Positions 22,694 through 28,519 of a DNA stretch of 30,821 nt are shown piece after piece. The notes beneath the pieces are model-generated. The model saw only the letters and a list, made by a program, of their open reading frames with translations. It was not told where the DNA came from and did not search any database. Both the position numbers and the translations under genes were made by a program. The DNA is from a virus (lineage: Duplodnaviria > Caudoviricetes), in IMG/VR virus record IMGVR_UViG_3300042399_001275, positions 1 through 30,821 of that record, one strand, 5' to 3'. The stretch's first letter is position 1. Each line of letters opens with the position of its first letter.

Positions 22694-24677
22694 GAGCTAC
22701 AGCGAGGCCGACCTCAAGAAGACGGGGGCCTACAAGTATTCGGAGCATCTCAGCACTGAAGTCTTGTGCTTGGCATACGCCTTCAATGACGAGGAGCCGA
22801 TCCTGTGGCACCCCGGTCCCGGCGCTACACACCCCGCGGGACTTCTTCAGGCTATCAGAGCGGGTGCGGTGGTCGACGCCCACAACGTCGGCTTTGAGCG
22901 CGCTATATGGGAGAACGTCTGCGTTAAGCGCATGGGCTGGCCCGAGATCGAGGCCCACCAGTACGACTGCACGATGGCTCGTGCGGCCAGTAGGGCGCTG
23001 CCTCTTGGGCTGGAGCAATGCGCCGCGGCCCTCGGGCTGGACGTGCGCAAGGACAAGCGCGGCAAGCAGCTAATCAACCTCCTGTGCAAGCCGCAGAAGC
23101 CCAAGAAGAAAGACCCGCGCACCCGCATCCAGGACCCGGAACTACTGGCCGAACTGTACGACTACTGCAAGCAGGACGTGCGTGTCGAGCAGCGTATTCG
23201 CAGGGAGTTGGGCGCGCTGCCCGCCCCCGAGCGGGGGGTGTTCCTGCTGAATGAGAAGATGAACTCGCGCGGCATTACGATCGACGTAGAGAGCGTGCAC
23301 AACGCCATCGCGATCGTGAAGGAAGTCGAGAAGGAACTGACCGCGGAGCTTGTCGAAATCACGGGCGGCAGGATAGAGACGGCCAACCAGGTGGCCGAGA
23401 TACTGGACTTCGTTCAATGGAAAGTGGATGGAGGATTGGATGACCTCACGGCAGACACCGTCGCAGCGGCGATCCCTCGCGCGGAAGCAGGCTCCGTCGA
23501 GCGGCGTGTACTTGAGATCAGAGCGTCGCTTGCGAAGGCCAGTACGAAGAAACTGGCTGGACTACTTGCTGCTGTATGTGCGGATGGCCGTGTTCGTGGC
23601 CTCTCGCAGTATCATGGCGCTTTCACGGGCCGTAATGCGGGGCGTCTCGTCCAGCCGCTCAACCTACCGCGACCTAAGCTAGACGCCGACCCGGAGAGCC
23701 TGATCGAGGCCATCGCCACCCGCGATCCCGACTGGCTGCGTATGATGTACGGCGACCCCATGCAGTGCGTGGCCGACGCCCTGCGTCCCATGTTCATGGC
23801 GGGGGAGGGCCAGAACCTCTGCTCCGTCGACCTGGCGTCGATCGAAAGCGTGGGTATCGCGGCCATCGCAGGAGAGGAGAGCAAGCTTGAGGTATTCAGA
23901 CGAGGAGACGATCCATACTGCGTGTTTGCTAGCGCTGCTCTTGGTCGAACGATCACGAAGGCAAACGACCCGAAGGCGCGTCAGGACGTGGGTAAGGTGG
24001 GGGAGCTTGCTTTTGGTTTTGGCGGGGGTGTTGGGGCTTGGCGCAATTTTGACGACAGCGACAGGTTTGATGACGATGAAGTAAACGGCTTCAAGAACGC
24101 ATGGCGGCGCAAGCATCCCAACATCGCCCGCCCGCCGTGGGATCAGGAAGTGAAGGACGGTGAGGCCGGTGTGGGCCTGTGGTATGGCCTACAGGACGCA
24201 GCGCACGAGGCCGTGCTGCGCCCCGGCAAGCAGTGTGAGGCGTTCGGGGTGAAGTACCAGGTGCGGGGGAGGTGGCTCGTATGCACCCTGCCCTCCTCGC
24301 GCAACATCGTCTACTACGATCCTCTGCTCAAGGAGAAGATCAACCCCCACACGGATAGGTCCGAAGTGGTGCTGACTTACATGAGCCAGAAGTCTGGCCA
24401 CTGGCAGCGCATCGATACGTGGGGCGGGAAGCTGGCGCAGGGCGTGACGCAGGCGACGTGCCGCGATATCCTTGTGCATGGCCAGCGTCGGTGCGACCCT
24501 GAAATGCCCGTGCTGATGACTGTGTACGACGAGATCGTGACGGAGGTCGACGAGGAATTAGGTGTTGATCTCCCGGTCGAGCGCCTGATAGAATTTATGG
24601 TAGGCGATCTTCCAGCCTGGTGCGCCCATTGGCCCGTCAAGGCGGAAGGCTGGTGCGGCAAGAGGTACAGGAAATAA
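22671..24677 (+). CDS. polA: Family A DNA polymerase with a 3'-5' exonuclease domain
   Basis: Start moved to ATG 22671 (AAGGA). Exo motifs TIDFES, AHNVGFE and YCKQDV; TGR; motif A DLASIE; motif B RQ..GK..ELA.G.GGG; motif C YDEI. Confidence 0.93.
   Translation: MHVTIDFESYSEADLKKTGAYKYSEHLSTEVLCLAYAFNDEEPILWHPGPGATHPAGLLQAIRAGAVVDAHNVGFERAIWENVCVKRMGWPEIEAHQYDCTMARAASRALPLGLEQCAAALGLDVRKDKRGKQLINLLCKPQKPKKKDPRTRIQDPELLAELYDYCKQDVRVEQRIRRELGALPAPERGVFLLNEKMNSRGITIDVESVHNAIAIVKEVEKELTAELVEITGGRIETANQVAEILDFVQWKVDGGLDDLTADTVAAAIPRAEAGSVERRVLEIRASLAKASTKKLAGLLAAVCADGRVRGLSQYHGAFTGRNAGRLVQPLNLPRPKLDADPESLIEAIATRDPDWLRMMYGDPMQCVADALRPMFMAGEGQNLCSVDLASIESVGIAAIAGEESKLEVFRRGDDPYCVFASAALGRTITKANDPKARQDVGKVGELAFGFGGGVGAWRNFDDSDRFDDDEVNGFKNAWRRKHPNIARPPWDQEVKDGEAGVGLWYGLQDAAHEAVLRPGKQCEAFGVKYQVRGRWLVCTLPSSRNIVYYDPLLKEKINPHTDRSEVVLTYMSQKSGHWQRIDTWGGKLAQGVTQATCRDILVHGQRRCDPEMPVLMTVYDEIVTEVDEELGVDLPVERLIEFMVGDLPAWCAHWPVKAEGWCGKRYRK
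23887..24084 (+). CDS. Candidate overprinted +1-frame membrane protein inside polA
   Basis: GGAG 7 nt before TTG. 65 aa with hydrophobic ACLLALLLV and WGSLLLVLAGVLGLGAILTTA, matching a T-ending codon patch. Confidence 0.35.
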   Translation: MRYSDEETIHTACLLALLLVERSRRQTTRRRVRTWVRWGSLLLVLAGVLGLGAILTTATGLMTMK

Positions 24678-24988
24678 TGGGAAAACTAAGTCGCGACAAG
24701 GGGAAGGTGGGTGAGCGCGAAGTGGCCGCGCTCCTCCGCGAGTATGGCTTCGAAGGCAAGAGGGGGGTGCAGTATCAGGGCGGCAAGGACAGCGCCGACG
24801 TCACCGGCTTGCCGGGCTTTCATATCGAGGTCAAGCGCACGGAGAAGCTGAACCTTGAGGCGGCCATGGCCCAGGCGCGGGCGGACTGCGGGGGCAACAC
24901 CCCAATGGTGCTTCACCGCAAGAGCAAGAAAGATTGGGTCGTCATCATGGATGCCAGTGATTTCCTGAAGATGGTGAGGGGGTTTTAA
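24677..24988 (+). CDS. Holliday junction resolvase-like PD-(D/E)XK nuclease
   Basis: MGKLSRDKGKVGEREVA...ADV...IEVKR. TAATG coupling with polA. Confidence 0.85.
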   Translation: MGKLSRDKGKVGEREVAALLREYGFEGKRGVQYQGGKDSADVTGLPGFHIEVKRTEKLNLEAAMAQARADCGGNTPMVLHRKSKKDWVVIMDASDFLKMVRGF

Positions 24989-25179
24989 TGGCGAAGCTGG
25001 ATGGGGTTAGCAAGGAACTGTATCCGGGTGAAGCGGAGGGCGTGTTTCGCGACATGGAGCGTCGCCGCAGGGCCGCCGAGCGAACTAACTTCCGTATATC
25101 CAACGAGCGGTTCGTCGAGCGCAGGGTGGCCTCGGGCTACAAGATCGTCTACAAGAACGTCGGAGGTTTCCGTGGATAG
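24988..25179 (+). CDS. Hypothetical protein
   Basis: 63 aa, TAATG coupling, GAGG RBS. Confidence 0.6.
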   Translation: MAKLDGVSKELYPGEAEGVFRDMERRRRAAERTNFRISNERFVERRVASGYKIVYKNVGGFRG

Positions 25180-25321
25180 CTGGATCATCATAGGGCTGGC
25201 CCTCCTGTTCTGGCCGGTCATCGCCGCGTCGATCATCCTGACGGGGGTACTCGTCTGGTTCATGTGGCTGATCGCCCTCTCGACCATCAAGGGAATATGG
25301 GGTGACTTCTTTGGCCGTTAA
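25172..25321 (+). CDS. Small membrane protein (49 aa)
   Basis: GGAGG before GTG 25172. Long hydrophobic run WIIIGLALLFWPVIAASIILTGVLVWFMWLIAL. Confidence 0.65.
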   Translation: MDSWIIIGLALLFWPVIAASIILTGVLVWFMWLIALSTIKGIWGDFFGR

Positions 25322-26705
25322 GCGATACCTGTTCTCGTGCATGCAGAATGATACTCCTCTGCACCGCCCGACGTGGAACAACCTGCTGGCCTTGGCCAAG
25401 CACTACAACGCACAGATCGTTCTGTCGCGCTTCGTCTACGACATGGCGGCGCACAACGAGAGCGGCAAGCCACGTATGAAGTCTGCCCGCGAGGAGCGAT
25501 CGTGGGCGCGGGATGCCATGCCATATGTCCTCGACGAGCGCATGGTCGTGGCCAAGGGTCTGGAGTGGTGCGGCGAGTTGCAAATCCTGCCCACCGCGCG
25601 CCGCCCGATCAGCGGCTTCGAAAGCTACACCGGGCGCAACTCGTGCATCATCCCGCACCCCAAGGTGGCGCTGGAGAGTGTGGCGTCGGGCAAGCACGAA
25701 AGCACCAAGCTGATCTACACGACGGGCTGCGTCACTCGGAAGAACTATATCCAGAAGAAGGCGGGCCAGGTGGCGCAGTTCCACCACGCCTACGGCGCGC
25801 TCCTCGTCGAGGTGTCCGACCACGGGTGGTTCTGCCGCCAGGTCACGGCCACCGAGAACGGCACCATGTACGATCTGGACCTGCGGGTGAAGGACGGCAA
25901 GGTGACGACAGGCCACCGGGTCGAGGCGATCGTGTGGGGCGACGCCCACGTCCGCAAGGCCGACCCGGTCGTGGCCAAGTTGGCGTGGGCCAAGGGTGGT
26001 ATCCTGGATACCCTGCGCCCCAAGCGGCAGGTATTCCATGACCTGCTCGACTTCCATTCCCGGAACCACCACGAAATCGGCAACGGCAGGATGCGCTTCC
26101 GGCGCTACGTTGGCGACCCGGAGGATGACTGCGTCGGTGCGGAACTGGACGAGGTGGCTGTAGCACTGGCCAAGCGTAGCCGCTCCTGGTGCGAGAGCAT
26201 TGTTGTGGCCAGTAACCACGACGGCGCGCTGCTGCGTTGGCTGGACAGCGCGGACTACCGTAGCGACCCGCGCAACGCGCTCACGTTCCTCGATCTCCAG
26301 TCCGCGGTCTACCGGGCGGAGGCGGAAAAGGACCGTAGGTTTTCCGTGTTCGAACATGCTATGATGAAGCGCGGCATCAAGGGCGTGAACTTCCTGCGGG
26401 AGGACGACAGTTATGTCATTTGTAAGGACGCTAATGGTGGGATTGAGCTTGGTATGCACGGCCATCTTGGCGTCAATGGCGGGCGTGGTTCTATGCTTGG
26501 TTTCGCCCGAATGGGCCGCAAGTCATTTATCGGGCATGGCCACCGCGCTGGCATCGTTGATGGCGTTTGGATGGTTGGTACTTCTAGCCTCCTCGATCTT
26601 GGGTACAACTCGGGACCGGGGGCCTGGAGCCACACGTTCGGAGTAGCTTACCCGAACGGCAAGAGAGCAATGGCGACTATTTACGGAGGAGAGTGGCGTG
26701 GGTAG
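25302..26705 (+). CDS. T5 A1-like protein (metallophosphoesterase-fold nuclease)
   Basis: QNDT..H, ILPTA, YTTG.VT..NYIQKKAGQ.A.FHH.YGALLVEV, GD.H, HDLLDF..RNHH, SNHD, MHGH and GHGH. Matches the A1 family as recalled. Confidence 0.8.
   Translation: MTSLAVKRYLFSCMQNDTPLHRPTWNNLLALAKHYNAQIVLSRFVYDMAAHNESGKPRMKSAREERSWARDAMPYVLDERMVVAKGLEWCGELQILPTARRPISGFESYTGRNSCIIPHPKVALESVASGKHESTKLIYTTGCVTRKNYIQKKAGQVAQFHHAYGALLVEVSDHGWFCRQVTATENGTMYDLDLRVKDGKVTTGHRVEAIVWGDAHVRKADPVVAKLAWAKGGILDTLRPKRQVFHDLLDFHSRNHHEIGNGRMRFRRYVGDPEDDCVGAELDEVAVALAKRSRSWCESIVVASNHDGALLRWLDSADYRSDPRNALTFLDLQSAVYRAEAEKDRRFSVFEHAMMKRGIKGVNFLREDDSYVICKDANGGIELGMHGHLGVNGGRGSMLGFARMGRKSFIGHGHRAGIVDGVWMVGTSSLLDLGYNSGPGAWSHTFGVAYPNGKRAMATIYGGEWRG
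26413..26646 (+). CDS. Candidate overprinted +1-frame two-TM (holin-like) protein inside the A1-like gene
   Basis: GGAGG 9 nt before ATG. 77 aa with two hydrophobic segments and a charged C-tail; host-frame codons switch to T-ending over this span. Confidence 0.5.
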   Translation: MSFVRTLMVGLSLVCTAILASMAGVVLCLVSPEWAASHLSGMATALASLMAFGWLVLLASSILGTTRDRGPGATRSE

Positions 26706-27117
26706 ATGCAACGATTGTGGAGCGAAGGGCGGGCACTACAAGTGGTGTGGGGTGAAGCACAAGGAGGGCGACCCAATTGAGCCACTGGGCAGGAAGCCTG
26801 TGTGGCAGCAGCCTTCACGGGCTGGGAGCTACAACGTGATCTCGTCCCCGGCGCACTACGCCCGGTTCGCGATCCAGCCGATCGACTTCATCGAGGCCAA
26901 TGGCCTGGACTTCCTTCAGGCCAGTGTTCTGAAATACCTCGTGCGCTTCCCGTTCAAGAACGGCGTGGAAGACCTGCACAAGGCGCGTGACATGCTGAAC
27001 CGCCTGGTCGCGCGGGAAGAAGCGAAGCTAGTGCGGGACACGGGGCAGGAGGTTGGCGGTCAGCCAGCCGCCGAACACCCCGAAGGCCGCGCCGATCGCG
27101 GAGGCGGTGCCCAGTAG
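26698..27117 (+). CDS. DUF3310-family protein (T7 gp1.7-like nucleotide kinase family)
   Basis: SPAHY...IQPIDFI....LDF....VLKYL.R...KNGVEDL.KA, with an N-terminal CxxC...H...C. Confidence 0.85.
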   Translation: MGRCNDCGAKGGHYKWCGVKHKEGDPIEPLGRKPVWQQPSRAGSYNVISSPAHYARFAIQPIDFIEANGLDFLQASVLKYLVRFPFKNGVEDLHKARDMLNRLVAREEAKLVRDTGQEVGGQPAAEHPEGRADRGGGAQ

Positions 27118-27270
27118 CTTGGACCTGCTATGCTCCAGGGAAGACACACGCTTGGTAATATCCTTGTGGCTTTCCTGGAGCATACTCTTTATCTCGTGTA
27201 TGCTGTGTTCCAGCCCGTCTACTTTTCCCTCTACTCTCCCCAGCGCTCGGTCTAATTCGTGGCCCTGCAT
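27028..27270 (-). CDS. Small coiled-coil protein with a C-terminal TM segment
   Basis: LGRVEGKVDGL...RVSSLE, then LLGTASAIGAAFGVFGGWL. TAATG coupling to the tail fibre gene. Confidence 0.7.
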   Translation of the reverse strand: MQGHELDRALGRVEGKVDGLEHSIHEIKSMLQESHKDITKRVSSLEHSRSKLLGTASAIGAAFGVFGGWLTANLLPRVPH

Positions 27271-28502
27271 TAGAGCTTTACCATCACCCGCCAGAACGCG
27301 CTGGGAGGCATTGACGAGCCTGCATCGGTTGTGAAAGCGTGGCCGTGCGGCGAATTGCTGACGTTGATGCCAGCAGAGCTGGCGCTGAAGGTGCCTCCGT
27401 TTTCATTTCCGGTTGTGCCCGTGTGCGTATGGGTTTCCGCCCCCACCGTCACGCCCACCGTCCTTGAAGTCAGCCCGCTTCCGGCCCCAGCCACGCCGAT
27501 AACCCGACCCAGCGCCTTGGGCAGCGCAATCGTCTTGTTGGCCGCAAAGTCCGCCGCCGCAGACGCGCCGCGCCCGGTCGATACCGCTGCTTGCGCGTCC
27601 GCGAAATTCGTCCAGAGTAGAGTGAACAAGGCCGACGTATCGGCGTTGGCCCGCGTGGTTCCGCCGCTGGATGCGTTGCCGATCGTGCCGTCGTCGAGCA
27701 GGACCCAGCCGGTGTCGGCGGTTGCTTTCCACGTCCACTTGAGGTCGCCGGTACTCCACGGGCCATCCGCCCACGCAGGCTGCCCGCTTACGACAGTGAG
27801 GACCTGCCCCGCCGTGCCAATGGCCACCCGTTCTACAGCGGAAGCGCCGCGCCGCAGGATATCGCCTGCGGTGGTAAGCAGGTTTCCGAATACCTGGGCC
27901 AAGGTCCGGTTGCGCCACACTGACCCGCTGGCGTTATACTCCAGGAGGTCGAGGTCTTGCGCCGTGGAGATCAGGACCGGAAGGTCGGTGCCGCCTTCGA
28001 ATACGTCTACGTTGATCCAGCCGTCCTCGTCGTCATTGCCAACGAGAACCTTGCCCGACACCGGCATGGGGAAGGTGATATCCCCGCTTTCCGGGTCATA
28101 CGTGGCCGGGAGCTTGGGCGTCTGGCGGGCGCGACGGCGGACCTGCTGTATCTGCATGGTCGAGCGGTCGAGCCCTTCCTCGTTGACCTCCGCGGGGAAG
28201 CCGTCATTGGCCTGGTAGTCGATCTCTTGGGTGTATGGCACCTCGCGCTGGATCACGAGCGTCGAGCCGGAAGCGTAGGTCGAGATGGTGGTGAGCGAGC
28301 CGGTGGCCCCCGCCCCGCCCGTCACGGTGTAGTTCGTCGTCAGGGTCAAGACAGTCTCGACCGCCGTGGTGTTGTTCACCAGGATGACCTGAAGGTCCGT
28401 GTCGTCGAAGAACACGAACGGTACGGAGAATACCGTGGTCGACCCGTTGGTAGAATACCCCACCCGAGAGGCGTCGGAGGGAACAGTATAACGTACCTTC
28501 AT
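27270..28502 (-). CDS. Tail fibre protein
   Basis: T7 gp17-like N-terminus (GSTTVFSVPF.F....DL.V...Y.V.G...LDR.TM..QQ) and a collar-like C-terminus (TGDLK...GWVLLD...LF..LW...LP...GR...H.H). Confidence 0.85.
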   Translation of the reverse strand: MKVRYTVPSDASRVGYSTNGSTTVFSVPFVFFDDTDLQVILVNNTTAVETVLTLTTNYTVTGGAGATGSLTTISTYASGSTLVIQREVPYTQEIDYQANDGFPAEVNEEGLDRSTMQIQQVRRRARQTPKLPATYDPESGDITFPMPVSGKVLVGNDDEDGWINVDVFEGGTDLPVLISTAQDLDLLEYNASGSVWRNRTLAQVFGNLLTTAGDILRRGASAVERVAIGTAGQVLTVVSGQPAWADGPWSTGDLKWTWKATADTGWVLLDDGTIGNASSGGTTRANADTSALFTLLWTNFADAQAAVSTGRGASAAADFAANKTIALPKALGRVIGVAGAGSGLTSRTVGVTVGAETHTHTGTTGNENGGTFSASSAGINVSNSPHGHAFTTDAGSSMPPSAFWRVMVKL

Positions 28503-28519
28503 GGTCGGAGTATATCCTA

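Noticed and set aside
22671-24677. Z-genome (DpoZ/PurZ) system
   Set aside because: No PurZ, DatZ or MazZ-like gene is recognisable in the window, and polymerase deviations alone are insufficient.
27270-28502. Diversity-generating retroelement target
   Set aside because: No reverse transcriptase, and no template/variable repeat pair seen in the window.
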